Positions 15,501 through 32,465 of a stretch of DNA of 64,000 nt are shown here, in pieces. The stretch covers positions 15,066,001 through 15,130,000 of the forward strand of contig OZ024741.1 of assembly GCA_964016885.1 (NCBI GenBank), read 5' to 3'. The DNA comes from Eledone cirrhosa. Taxonomy: Eukaryota. Under the pieces are notes generated by a model that did no database searches, had not been told where the DNA came from, and saw nothing but the letters and a program-made list of their open reading frames with translations. Each line of letters opens with the position of its first letter. The first letter of the stretch is position 1. Both the position numbers and the translations under genes were made by a program.

Positions 15501-18500
15501 CAACAACAACACCACCAACAACAGCAGCAACAGAAAGACACCAACAACAACACCACCAACAACAACAACAGCAACAGAAAGACACCAACAACAACACCAC
15601 CAACAACAGCAGCAACAGAAAGACACCAACAACAACACCACCAACAACAACAGCAACAGAGAGACACCAACAACAACACCACCAACAACAGCAGCAACAG
15701 AAAGACACCAACAACACCACCACCACCAACAACAACAGCAACAGAAAGACACCAACAACAACACCACCAACAACAACAGCAACAGAAAGACACCAACAAC
15801 AACACCACCACCAACAACAGCAGCAACAGAAAGACACCAACAACAACACCACCAACAACAGCAGCAACAGAAAGCCACCAACAACACCACCACCACCAAC
15901 AACAACAGCAACAGAAAGACACCAACAACACCACCACCACCAACAACAACAGCAACAGAAAGACACCAACAACACCACCACCAACAACAGCAGCAACAGA
16001 AAGACACCAACAACAACACTACCACCAACAACAGCAGCAACAGAAAGACACCAACAACAACACCACCAACAACAACAGCAACAGAAAGACACCAACAACA
16101 ACACCACCAACAACAACAGCAACAGAAAGACACCAACAACAACACCACCAACAACAACAGCAACAGAAAGACACCAACAACAACACCACCAACAACAACA
16201 GCAACAGAAAGACACCAACAACAACACCACCAACAACAACAGCAACAGAAAGACACAAACAACAACACCACCAACAACAACAGCAACAGAAAGACACCAA
16301 CAACAACACCACCAACAACAGCAGCAACAGAAAGACACCAACAACACCACCACCACCAACAACAACAGCAACAGAAAGACACCAACAACACCACCACCAC
16401 CAACAACAACAGCAAGAGAAAGACACCAACAACACCACCACCACCAACAACAACAGCAACAGAAAGACACCAACAACACCACCACCACCAACAACAACAG
16501 CAACAGAAAGACACCAACAACAACACCACCACCAACAACAGCAGCAACAGAAAGACACCAACAACAACACCACCACCAACAACAGCAGCAAGAGAAAGAC
16601 ACCAACAACAACACCCCCAACAACAGCAGCAACAGAAAGACACCAACAACAACAACACCAACAACAACAACTGCAACAGAAAGACACCAACAACAACACC
16701 ACCACCAACAACAGCAACAGAAAGACACCAACAACACCACCACCACCAACAACAGCAGCAACAGAAAGACACCAACAACACCACCACCAACAACAGCAGC
16801 AACAGAAAGACACCAACAACAACACCACCACCAACAACAGCAGCAACAGAAAGACACCAACAACACCACCACCAACAACAGCAGCAACAGAAAGACACCA
16901 ACAACACCACCACCAACAACAGCAGCAAGAGAAAGACACCAACAACACCACCACCAACAACAGCAGCAAGAGAAAGACACCAACAACACCACCACCAACA
17001 ACAGCAGCAAGAGAAAGACACCAACAACACCACCAACAACAACAGCAGCAACAGAAAGACACCAACAACACCACCACCAACAACAGCAGCAACAGAAAGA
17101 CACCAACAACAACACCACCAACAACAACAGCAACAGAAAGACACCAACAACAACACCACCAACAACAACAGCAACAGAAAGACACCAACAACAACACCAC
17201 CACCAACAACAGCAGCAAGAGAAAGATACCAACAACACCACCACCAACAACAGCAGCAACAGAAAGACACCAACAACAACACCACCAACAACAACAGCGA
17301 CAGAAAGACACCAACAACAACACCACCACCAACAACAGTAGCAACAGAAAGACACCAACAACACCACCACCAACAACAGTAGCAACAGAAAGACACCAAC
17401 AACACCACCACCAACAACAGCAGCAAGAGAAAGACAGCAACAACCCCACCACCAACAACAGCAGCAAGAGAAAGACACCAACAACACCACCACCAACAAC
17501 AGCAGCAACAGAAAGACACCAACAACACCACCACCAACAACAGCAGCAAGAGAAAGACACCAACAACCCCACCACCAACAACAGCAGCAAGAGAAAGACA
17601 CCAACAACACCACCACCAACAACAGCAGCAACAGAAAGACACCAACAACACCACCACCAACAACAGCAGCAAGAGAAAGACACCAACAACACCAACACCA
17701 ACAACAGCAGCAACAGAAAAACACCAACAACACCACCACCAACAACAGCAGCAAGAGAAAGACACCAACAACACCACCACCAACAACAGCAGCTAGAGAA
17801 AGACACCAACATCACCACCACCAACAACAGCAGCAACAGAAAGACACCAACAACACCACCACCACCAACAACAACAGCAACAGAAAGACACCAACAACAC
17901 CACCACCACCAACAACAACAGCAACAGAAAGACACCAACAACAACACCACCACCAACAACAGCAGCAACAGAAAGACACCACCACCAACAACAGCAGCAA
18001 CAGAAAGACACCAACAAAACCACCACCAACAACAGCAGCAACAGAAAGACACCAACAACAACACCACCAACAACAGCAGCAACAGAAAGACACCAACAAC
18101 AACACCACCAACAACAACAGCAAGAGAAAGACACCAACAACACCACCACCAACAACAGCAGCAACAGAAAGACACCAACAACACCACCACCACCAACAAC
18201 AACAGCAACAGAAAGACACCAACAACAACACCACCAACAACAACAGCAACAGAAAGACACCAACAACACCACCAGCAACAACATCAGCAACAGAAAGACA
18301 CCAACACCACCACCACCAACAACAACAGCAACAGAAAGACACCAACAACACCACCACCACCAACAACAACAGCAACAGAAAGACACCAACAACACCACCG
18401 CCACCAACAACAACAGCAACAGAAAGACACCAACACCACCACCACCAACAACAACAGCAACAGAAAGACACCAACAACAACACCACCAACAACAACAGCA

Positions 18501-21500
18501 ACAGAAAGACACCAACAACACCACCACCAACAACAACAGCAACAGAAAGACACCAATACCACCACCAACAACAACAACAGCAACAGAAAGACACCAACAA
18601 CAACACCACCAACAACAGCAGCAACAGAAAGAGACCAACAACACCACCACCACCAACAACAACAGCAACAGAAAGACACCAACAACAACCCCACCAACAA
18701 CAACAGCAACAAAAAGACACCAACAACAACACCACCAACAACAACAGCAACAGAAAGACACCAACAACAACACCACCACCAACAACAGCAGCAACAGAAA
18801 GACACCAACAACACCACCACCAACAACAACAGCAACAGAAAGACACCAACAACACCACCACCACAAACAACAACAGCAACAGAAAGACACCAACAACAAC
18901 ACCACCACCAACAGCAGCAACAGAAAGACACAAACAACAACACCACCACCAACAACAGCAACAGAAAGACACCAACAACAACACCACCACCAACAACAAC
19001 AGCAACAGAAAGACACCAACAACAACCCCACCAACAACAACAGCAACAGAAAGACACCAACAACAACACCACCAACAACAACAGCAACAGAAAGACACCA
19101 AAAACAACACCACCAACAACAACAGCAACAGAATGACACCAACAACAACACCACCACCAACAACAGCAGCAACAGAAAGACACCAACAACACCACCACCA
19201 CCAACAACAGCAACAGAAAGACACCAACAACACCACCACCACAAACAACAACAGCAACAGAAAGACACCAATAACAACACCACCACCAACAGCAGCAACA
19301 GAAAGACACCAACAACAACACCACCACCAACAACAGCAACAGAAAGACACCAACAACAACACCACCACCAACAGCAGCAACAGAAAGACACCAACAACAA
19401 CACCACCACCAACAACAGCAGCAACAGAAAGACACCAACAACAACACCACCAACAACAACAGCAACAGAAAGACACCAACAACAACACCACCACCAACAA
19501 CAGCAGCAACAGAAAGACACCAACAACACCACCACCAACAACAACAGCAACAGAGACACCAACAACAACACCACCACCAACAACAACAGCAACAGAAGAC
19601 ACCAACAACAACACCACCAACAACAACAGCAGCAACAGAAAGACACCAACAACACCACCACCAACAACAGCAGCAACAGAAAGACACCAACAACAACACC
19701 ACCAACAACAACAGCAACAGAAAGACACCAACAACAACACCACCACCAACAACAGCAGCAAGAGAAAGACACCAACAACAACACCACCAACAACAATAGC
19801 AACAGAAAGACACCAACAACACCACCACCACCAACAGCAGCAACAGAAAGACACCAACAACACCACCACCAACAACAACAGCAACAGAAAGACACCAACA
19901 ACACCACCACCACCAACAACAACAGCAACAGAAAGACACCAACAACAACACCACCAACAACAACAGCAACAGAAAGACACCAACAACACCACCACCACCA
20001 ACAGCACCAACAGAAAGACACCAACAACACCACCACCAACAACAACAGCAACAGAAAGACACCAACAACACCACCACCACCAACAACAACAGCAACAGAA
20101 AGACACCAACAACAACACCACCACCAACAACAGCAGCAACAGAAAGACACCAACAACACCACCACCACCAACAACAACAGCAACAGAAAGACACCAACAA
20201 CAACACCACCAACAACAACAGCAACAGAAAGACACCAACAACAACACCACCACCAACAACAGCAACAGAAAGACACCAACAACACCACCACCAACAACAA
20301 CAGCAACAGAAAGACACCAACAACAACACCACCAACAACAACAGCAACAGAAAGACACCAACAACAACACCACCAACAACAACAGCAACAGAAAGACACC
20401 AACAACACCACCACCACCAACAACAACAGCAACAGAAAGACACCAACAACAACACCACCAACAACAACAGCAACAGAAAGACACCAACAACAACAGCACC
20501 AACAACAACAGCAACAGAAAGACACCAACAACACCACCACAAACAACAACAGCAACAGAAAGACACCAACAACACCACCACCAACAACAGCAGCAACAGA
20601 AAGACACCAACAACAACACCACCAACAACAACAACAGCAACAGAAAGACACCAACAACAACACCACCAACAACAGCAGCAACAGAAAGACACCAACAACA
20701 ACACCACCAACAACAACAACAGCAACAGAAAGACACCAACAACAACACCACCAACAACAGCAGCAACAGAAAGACACCAACAACAACACCACCAACAACA
20801 ACAGCAACAGAAAGACACCAACAACAACACCACCAACAACAGCAGCAACAGAAAGACACCAACAACACCACCACCACCAACAACAACAGCAACAGAAAGA
20901 CACCAACAACAACACCACTAACAACAACAGCAACAGAAAGACACCAACAACAACACCACCACCAACAACAGCAGCAACAGAAAGACACCAACAACAACAC
21001 CACCAACAACAGCAGCAACAGAAAGCCACCAACAACACCACCACCACCAACAACAACAGCAACAGAAAGACACCAACAACACCACCACCACCAACAACAA
21101 CAGCAACAGAAAGACACCAACAACACCACCACCAACAACAGCAGCAACAGAAAGACACCAACAACAACACCACCACCAACAACAGCAGCAACAGAAAGAC
21201 ACCAACAACAACACCACCAACAACAACAGCAACAGAAAGACACCAACAACAACACCACCAACAACAACAGCAACAGAAAGACACCAACAACAACACCACC
21301 AACAACAACAGCAACAGAAAGACACCAACAACAACACCACCAACAACAACAGCAACAGAAAGACACCAACAACAACACCACCAACAACAACAGCAACAGA
21401 AAGACACAAACAACAACACCACCAACAACAACAGCAACAGAAAGACACCAACAACAACACCACCAACAACAGCAGCAACAGAAAGACACCAACAACACCA

Positions 21501-24500
21501 CCACCACCAACAACAACAGCAACAGAAAGACACCAACAACACCACCACCACCAACAACAACAGCAAGAGAAAGACACCAACAACACCACCACCACCAACA
21601 ACAACAGCAACAGAAAGACACCAACAACACCACCACCACCAACAACAACAGCAACAGAAAGACACCAACAACAACACCACCAACAACAGCAGCAACAGAA
21701 AGACACCACCACCAACAAGAACAGCAACAGAAAGACACCAACAACACCACCAACAACAACAACAGCAACAGAAAGACACCAACAACAACACCACCAACAA
21801 CAGCAGCAACAGAAAGACACCACCACCAACAACAGCAGCAACAGAAAGACACCAACAACACCACCACCAACAACAGCAGCAACAGAAAGACACCAACAAC
21901 ACCACCACCACCAACAACAGCAGCAACAGAAAGACACCAACAACAACACCACCAACACAGCAGCAACAGAAAGACACCACCACCAACAACAGCAACAGAA
22001 AGACACCAACACCACCACCAACAACAACAACAGGAACAGAAAGACACCAACAACACCACCACCAACAACAACAGCAACAGAAAGACACCAACACCACCAC
22101 CACCAACAACAACAGCAACAGAAAGACACCAACAACAACACCACCAACAACAACAGCAACAGAAAGACACCAACAACACCACCACCACAAACAACAACAG
22201 CAACAGAAAGACACTAACAACAACACCACCAACAACAACAGCAACAGAAAGACACCAACAACACCACCACCAACAACAACAGCAACAGAAAGACACCAAC
22301 AACACCACCACCAACAACAACAGTAACAGAAAGACACCAACACCACCACGAGCAACAACAACAGCAACAGAAAGACACCAACAACAACACCACCAACAAC
22401 AACAGCAACAGAAAGACACCAACAACACCACCACCACCAACAACAGCAGCAACGTAAAGACACCAACAACACCACCACCACCAACAACAACAGCAACAGA
22501 AAGACACCAACAACAACACCACCACCAACAACAGCAGCAACAGAAAGACACCAACAACACCACCACCAACAACAGCAGCAACAGAAAGACACCAACAACA
22601 CCACCACCAACAACAACAGCAACAGAAAGACACCAACAACAACACCACCACCAACAACAACAGCAACAGAAAGACACCAACAACAACACCACCACCAACA
22701 ACAGCAGCAACAGAAAGACACCAACAACACCACCACCAACAACAGCAGCAACAGAAAGACACCAACAACAACACCACCAACAACAACAGCAACAGAAAGA
22801 CACCAACAACAACACCACCACCAACAACAGCAGCAAGAGAAAGACACCAACAACAACACCACCAACAACAATAGCAACAGAAAGACACCAACAACACCAC
22901 CACCACCAACAGCAGCAACAGAAAAACACCAACAACACCACCACCAACAACAACAGCAACAGAAAGACACCAACAACACCACCACCACCAACAACAACAG
23001 CAACAGAAAGACACCAACAACAACACCACCAACAACAACAGCAACAGAAAGACACCAACAACAACAGCACCAACAACAACAGCAACAGAAAGACACCAAC
23101 AACACCACCACCAACAACAACAGCAACAGAAAGACACCAACAACACCACCACCACCAACAGCACCAACAGAAAGACACCAACAACACCACCACCAACAAC
23201 AACAGCAACAGAAAGACACCAACAACACCACCACCACCAACAACAACAGCAACAGAAAGACACCAACAACAACACCACCAACAACAACAGCAACAGAAAG
23301 ACACCAACAACAACACCACCACCAACAACAGCAGCAACAGAAAGACACCAACAACACCACCACCACCAACAACAACAGCAACAGAAAGACACCAACAACA
23401 ACACCACCAACAACAACAGCAACAGAAAGACACCAACAACAACACCACCAACAACAACAGCAACAGAAAGACACCAACAACAACACCACCAACAACAGCA
23501 GCAACAGAAAGACACCAACAACAACACCACCAACAACAACAACAGCAACAGAAAGACACCAACAACAACACCACCAACAACAGCAGCAACAGAAAGACAC
23601 CAACAACAACACCACCAACAACAACAGCAACAGAAAGACACCAACAACAACACCACCAACAACAGCAGCAACAGAAAGACACCAACAACACCACCACCAC
23701 CAACAACAACAGCAACAGAAAGACACCAACAACAACACCACCAACAACAACAGCAACAGAAAGACACCAACAACAACACCACCACCAACAACAGCAGCAA
23801 CAGAAAGACACCAACAACAACACCACCAACAACAGCAGCAACAGAAAGCCACCAACAACACCACCACCACCAACAACAACAGCAACAGAAAGACACCAAC
23901 AACACCACCACCACCAACAACAACAGCAACAGAAAGACACCAACAACACCACCACCAACAACAGCAGCAACAGAAAGACACCAACAACAACACCACCACC
24001 AACAACAGCAGCAACAGAAAGACACCAACAACAACACCACCAACAACAACAGCAACAGAAAGACACCAACAACAACACCACCAACAACAACAGCAACAGA
24101 AAGACACCAACAACAACACCACCAACAACAACAGCAACAGAAAGACACCAACAACAACACCACCAACAACAACAGCAACAGAAAGACACCAACAACAACA
24201 CCACCAACAACAACAGCAACAGAAAGACACAAACAACAACACCACCAACAACAACAGCAACAGAAAGACACCAACAACAACACCACCAACAACAGCAGCA
24301 ACAGAAAGACACCAACAACACCACCACCACCAACAACAACAGCAACAGAAAGACACCAACAACACCACCACCACCAACAACAACAGCAAGAGAAAGACAC
24401 CAACAACACCACCACCACCAACAACAACAGCAACAGAAAGACACCAACAACACCACCACCACCAACAACAACAGCAACAGAAAGACACCAACAACAACAC

Positions 24501-27500
24501 CACCAACAACAGCAGCAACAGAAAGACACCACCACCAACAAGAACAGCAACAGAAAGACACCAACAACACCACCAACAACAACAACAGCAACAGAAAGAC
24601 ACCAACAACAACACCACCAACAACAGCAGCAACAGAAAGACACCACCACCAACAACAGCAGCAACAGAAAGACACCAACAACACCACCACCAACAACAGC
24701 AGCAACAGAAAGACACCAACAACACCACCACCACCAACAACAGCAGCAACAGAAAGACACCAACAACAACACCACCAACACAGCAGCAACAGAAAGACAC
24801 CACCACCAACAACAGCAACAGAAAGACACCAACACCACCACCACCAACAACAACAGGAACAGAAAGACACCAACAACACCACCACCAACAACAACAGCAA
24901 CAGAAAGACACCAACACCACCACCACCAACAACAACAGCAACAGAAAGACACCAACAACAACACCACCAACAACAACAGCAACAGAAAGACACCAACAAC
25001 ACCACCACCACAAACAACAACAGCAACAGAAAGACACTAACAACAACACCACCAACAACAACAGCAACAGAAAGACACCAACAACACCACCACCACCAAC
25101 AACAGCAGCAACAGAAAGACACCAACAACACCACCACCAACAACAGCAGCAACAGAAAGACACCAACAACACCACCACCAACAACAACAGCAACAGAAAG
25201 ACACCAACAACAACACCACCACCAACAACAACAGCAACAGAAAGACACCAACAACAACACCACCACCAACAACAGCAGCAACAGAAAGACACCAACAACA
25301 CCACCACCAACAACAGCAGCAACAGAAAGACACCAACAACAACACCACCAACAACAACAGCAACAGAAAGACACCAACAACAACACCACCACCAACAACA
25401 GCAGCAAGAGAAAGACACCAACAACAACACCACCAACAACAATAGCAACAGAAAGACACCAACAACACCACCACCACCAACAGCAGCAACAGAAAAACAC
25501 CAACAACACCACCACCAACAACAGCAGCAACGTAAAGACACCAACAACACCACCACCACCAACAACAACAGCAACAGAAAGACACCAACAACAACACCAC
25601 CACCAACAACAGCAGCAACAGAAAGACACCAACAACACCACCACCAACAACAACAGCAACAGAAAGACACCAACAACAACACCACCACCAACAACAACAG
25701 CAACAGAAAGACACCAACAACAACACCACCACCAACAACAGCAGCAACAGAAAGACACCAACAACACCACCACCAACAACAGCAGCAACAGAAAGACACC
25801 AACAACAACACCACCAACAACAACAGCAACAGAAAGACACCAACAACAACACTACCAACAACAACAGCAACAGAAAGACACCAACAACAACACCACCAAC
25901 AACAGCAGCAACAGAAAGACACCAACAACAACACCACCACCAACAACAACAGCAACAGAAAGACACCAACAACAACACCACCAACAACAGCAGCAACAGA
26001 AAGACACCAACAACAACACCACCAACAACAACAGCAACAGAAAGACACCAACAACAACACCACCAACAACAGCAGCAACAGAAAGACACCAACAGAAAGA
26101 CACCAACAACAACACCACCAACAACAACAGCAACAGAAAGACACCAACAACAACACCACCAACAACAACAGCAACAGAAAGACACCAACAAAACACCACC
26201 ACCAACAACAACAGCAACAGAAAGACACCAACAACAACACCACCAACAACAACAGCAACAGAAAGACACCAACAACAACACCACCACCAACAACAGCAGC
26301 AACAGAAAGAAACCAACAACACCACCACCAACAACAACAGCAACAGAAAGACACCAACAACACCACCACCACCAACAACAACAGCAACAGAAAGACACCA
26401 ACAAAACCACCACCAACAACAACAGCAACAGAAAGACACCAACAACAACACCACCACCAACAACAACAGCAACAGAAAGACACCAACAACACCACCACCA
26501 ACAACAACAGCAACAGAAAGACACCAACAACAACACCACCACCAACAACAGCAGCAACGTAAAGACACCAACAACACCACCACCACCAACAACAACAGCA
26601 ACAGAAAGACACCAACAACAACACCACCAACAACAACAGCAACAGAAAGACACCAACACCACCACCACCAACAACAACAGCAACAGAAAGACACCAACAA
26701 CACCACCACCAACAACAACAGCAACAGAAAGACACCAACAACAACACCACCAACAACAGCAGCAACAGAAAGACACCAACAACAACACCACCACCAACAA
26801 CAGCAACAGAAAGACACCAACAACAACACCACCAACAACAACAGCAACAGAAAGACACCAACAACAACACCACCAACAACAACAGCAACAGAAAGACACC
26901 AACAACACCACCACCACCAACAACAGCAACAGAAAGACACCAACAACAACACCACCAACAACAACAGCAACAGAAAGACACCAACACCACCACCAACAAC
27001 AACAACAGCAACAGAAAGACACCAACAACACCACCACCACCAACAACAGCAACAGAAAGACACCAACAACAACACCACCACCAACAACAGCAACAGAAAG
27101 ACACCAACAACAACACCACCAACAACAACAGCAACAGAAAGACACCAACAACAACACCACCAACAACAACAGCAACAGAAAGACACCAACAACACCACCA
27201 CCACCAACAACAGCAACAGAAAGACACCAACAACAACACCACCAACAACAACAGCAACAGAAAGACACCAACACCACCACCACCAACAACAACAGCAACA
27301 GAAAGACACCAACAACACCACCACCAACAACAACAGCAACAGAAAGACACCAACAACAACACCACCAACAACAACAGCAACAGAAAGACACCAACAACAA
27401 CACCACCAACAACAACAGCAACAGAAAGACACCAACAACAACACCACCAACAACAACAGCAACAGAAAGACACCAACAACAACACCACCAACAACAACAG

Positions 27501-30500
27501 CAACAGAAAGACACCAACAAAACACCACCACCAACAACAACAGCAACAGAAAGACACCAACAACAACACCACCAACAACAACAGCAACAGAAAGACACCA
27601 ACACCACCACCACCAACAACAACAGCAACAGAAAGACACCAACACCACCACGACCAACAACAACAGCAACAGAAAGACACCAACAACAACACCACCAACA
27701 ACAACAGCAACAGAAAGACACCAACAACACCACCACCACCAACAACAGCAGCAACGTAAAGACACCAACAACACCACCACCACCAACAACAACAGCAACA
27801 GAAAGACACCAACAAAAACACCACCACCAACAACAGCAGCAACAGAAAGACACCAACAACACCACCACCAACAACAGCAGCAACAGAAAGACACCAACAA
27901 CACCACCACCAACAAGAGCAGCAACAGAAAGACACCAACAACAACACCACCAACAACAACAGCAACAGAAGGACACCAACAACAACACCACCACCAACAA
28001 CAGCAGCAACAGAAAGACACCAACAACACCACCACCAACAACAACAGCAACAGAAAGACACCAACAACAACACCACCACCAACAACAACAGCAACAGAAA
28101 GACACCAACAACAACACCACCACCAACAACAGCAGCAACAGAAAGACACCAACAACACCACCACCAACAACAGCAGCAACAGAAAGACACCAACAACAAC
28201 ACCACCAACAACAACAGCAACAGAAAGACACCAACAACAACACCACCACCAACAACAGCAGCAAGAGAAAGGCACCAACAACAACACCACCAACAACAAT
28301 AGCAACAGAAAGACACCAACAACACCACCACCACCAACAGCAGCAACAGAAAGACACCAACAACACCACCACCAACAACAACAGCAACAGAAAGACACCA
28401 ACAACACCACCACCACCAACAACAACAGCAACAGAAAGACACCAACAACAACACCACCAACAACAACAGCAACAGCAAGACACCAACAACACCACCACCA
28501 CCAACAGCACCAACAGAAAGACACCAACAACACCACCACCAACAACAACAGCAACAGAAAGACACCAACAACACCACCACCACCAACAACAACAGCAACA
28601 GAAAGACACCAACAACAACACCACCAACAACAACAGCAACAGGAAGACACCAACAACAACACCACCACCAACAACAGCAGCAACAGAAAGACACCAACAA
28701 CACCACCACCACCAACAACAACAGCAACAGAAAGACACCAACAACAACACCACCAACAACAACAGCAACAGAAAGACACCAACAACAACACCACCAACAA
28801 CAACAGCAACAGAAAGACACCAACAACACCACCACTAACAACAACAGCAACAGAAAGACACCAACAACACCACCACCACCAACAACAGCAGCAACAGAAA
28901 GACACCAACAACAACACCACCAACAACAGCAGCAACAGAAAGACACCAACAACAACACTACCAACAACAACAGCAACAGAAAGACACCAACAACAACACC
29001 ACCAACAACAGCAGCAACAGAAAGACACCAACAACAACACCACCACCAACAACAACAGCAACAGAAAGACACCAACAACAACACCACCAACAACAGCAGC
29101 AACAGAAAGACACCAACAACAACACCACCAACAACAACAGCAACAGAAAGACACCAACAACAACACCACCAACAACAGCAGCAACAGAAAGACACCAACA
29201 ACAACACCACCACCAACAACAGCAACAGAAAGACACCAACAACAACACCACCAACAACAACAGCAACAGAAAGACACCAACAACAACACCACCAACAACA
29301 ACAGCAACAGAAAGACACCAACAACAACACCACCAACAACAACAGCAACAGAAAGACACCAACAACAACACCACCAACAACAACAGCAACAGAAAGACAC
29401 CAACAAAACACCACCACCAACAACAACAGCAACAGAAAGACACCAACAACAACACCACCAACAACAACAGCAACAGAAAGACACCAACAACAACACCACC
29501 ACCAACAACAGCAGCAACAGAAAGACACCAACAACACCACCACCAACAACAACAGCAACAGAAAGCCTCCAACAACACCACCACCACCAACAACAACAGC
29601 AACAGAAAGACACCAACAAAACCACCACCAACAACAACAGCAACAGAAAGACACCAACAACAACACCACCACCAACAACAACAGCAACAGAAAGACACCA
29701 ACAACACCACCACCAACAACAACAGCAACAGAAAGACACCAACAACAACACCACCACCAACAACAGCAGCAACGTAAAGACACCAACAACACCACCACCA
29801 CCAACAACAACAGCAACAGAAAGACACCAACAACAACACCACCAACAACAACAGCAACAGAAAGACACCAACACCACCACCACCAACAACAACAGCAACA
29901 GAAAGACACCAACAACACCACCACCAACAACAACAGCAACAGAAAGACACCAACACCACCACCACCAACAACAACAGCAACAGAAAGACACCAACAACAA
30001 CACCACCAACAACAACAGCAACAGAAAGACACCAACAACACCACCACCACAAACAACAACAGCAACAGAAAGACACTAACAACAACACCACCAACAACAA
30101 CAGCAACAGAAAGACACCAACAACACCACCACCAACAACAACAGCAACAGAAAGACACCAACAACACCACCACCAACAACAACAGCAACAGAAAGACACC
30201 AACACCACCACCACCAACAACAACAGCAACAGAAAGACACCAACAACAACACCACCAACAACAACAGCAACAGAAAGACACCAACAACACCACCACCACA
30301 AACAACAACAGCAACAGAAAGACACCAACAACAACACCACCAACAACAACAGCAACAGAAAGACACCAACAACACCACCAACAACAACAGCAGCAACGTA
30401 AAGACACCAACAACACCACCACCACCAACAACAACAGCAACAGAAAGACACCAACAACAACACCACCAACAACAACAGCAACAGAAAGACACCAACACCA

Positions 30501-32137
30501 CCACCACCAACAACAACAGCAACAGAAAGACACCAACAACACCACCACCACCAACAACAACAGCAACAGAAAGACACCAACAACAACACCACCACCAACA
30601 ACAGCAGCAACAGAAAGACACCAACAACAACACCACCAACAACAGCAGCAACAGAAAGACACCACCACCAACAACAGCAGCAACAGAAAGACACCAACAA
30701 CAACACCACCAACAACAGCAGCAACAGAAAGACACCACCACCAACAACAACAGCAACAGAAAGACACCAACAACACCACCACCACCAACAACAACAGCAA
30801 CAGAAAGACACCAACAACAACACCACCACCAACAACAGCAGCAAGAGAAAGACACCAACAACACCACCACCAACAACAACAGCAACAGAAAGACACCAAC
30901 AACAACACCACCAACAACAGCAGCAACAGAAAGACACCACCACCAACAACAGCAGCAACAGAAAGACACCAACAACACCACCACCAACAACAACAGCAAC
31001 AGAAAGACACCAACAACACCACCACCAACAACAACAGCAACAGAAAGACACCAACAACACCACCACCAACAACAGCAGCAACAGAAAGACACCAACAACA
31101 ACACCACCAACAACAACAACAACAGAAAGACACCAACAACAACACCACCACCAACAACAGCAGCAAGAGAAAGACACCAACAACACCACCACCAACAACA
31201 GCAGCAACAGAAAGAGACCAACAACAACACCACCAACAACAACAGCAACAGAAAGACACCAACAACAACACCACCAACAACAACAGCAGCAACAGAAAGA
31301 CACCAACAACCATACCACCACCAACAACAGCAGCAAGAGAAAGACACCAACAACACCACCACCAACAACAGCAGCAACAGAAAGACACCAACAACAACAC
31401 CACCAACAACAACAGCAACAGAAAGACACCAACAACAACACCACCAACAACAACAACAGCAACAGAAAGACACCAACAACACCACCACCACCAACAACAG
31501 CAGCAACAGAAAGACACCAACAACAACACCACCAACAACAACAACAACAGAAAGACACCAACAACAACACCACCAACAACAACAGCAGCAACAGAAATAC
31601 ACCAACAACACCACCACCAACAACAGCAGCAACAGAAAGACACCAACAACAACACCACCAACAACACCACCAACAACAACAGCAACAGAAAGACACCAAC
31701 AACAACACCACCAACAACAACAGCAACAGAAAGACACCAACAACAACACCACCAGCAACAACAACAGCAACAGAAAGACACCAACAACACCACCACCAAC
31801 AACAGCAGCAACAGAAAGACACCAACAGCACCACCACCACCCACAGCAGCAACATAAAGACACCAACGACACCACCACCACCAACAACAGCAGCAACATA
31901 AAGACACCAACACCAACAACAACAGCAGCAATAGAAAGACACCACCACCACCAACAACAACAACAACACCAACAACAACACCAACAACAACAGCAACAGA
32001 AAGACACCACCAACAACACCACCACCAACAACAGCAGCAACATAAAGACACCAACGACACCACCACCACCAACAACAGCAGCAACATAAAGACACCAACA
32101 ACAACACCAACAACAACAGCAGCAATATAAAGACACC

Positions 32138-32169
<32 letters not shown>

Positions 32170-32215
32170 CACCAACAACAACAACAGCATCAGCTGAAAG
32201 ACACCACCGACCACA
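6502..32215. repeat. ~25.7-kb satellite, ~41-44-bp unit CAGCAACAGAAAGACAC(CAA)2-3(CAC)2-4(CAA)2-3, with higher-order duplications
   Basis: Roughly 600 units with a near-invariant AGAAAGAC core. Rare variants repeat at ~7977 bp (GCTAGAG ~9814/17792; GAATGAC in the ORFs starting 11156/19133) and ~2823 bp (ACAAGAACAG 21715/24538). Units degenerate at both ends. Confidence 0.98.
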
Positions 32216-32465
32216 CCAACATCAACTTTACCTTATATCCATTCCTGATTGGCTGAACTGTCTTTACCATATTTTGCCAGTTGCAGCTCTTTCTGAACTG
32301 AGTTCAAATCTCAGCTTTGACACTGGCAAAGGTGGCTGTTTCTCTAGGACTTGTCACAGAGACACAGTATAAGCAATGGAAAGTTTAGTGGAAACATGGG
32401 TGCCTTGCATTGATATAACTGAAAATAAGTTCCATATTCTGACAGGTGATACGACTGGCAGAACG

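Noticed and set aside
6496-32214. Giant ORFs of 1000-4764 aa on both strands
   Set aside because: The satellite has almost no T on the plus strand, so neither strand forms stop codons. The 3n+2 unit length makes all frames cycle through the same three peptides. No domain or frame preference is evident.
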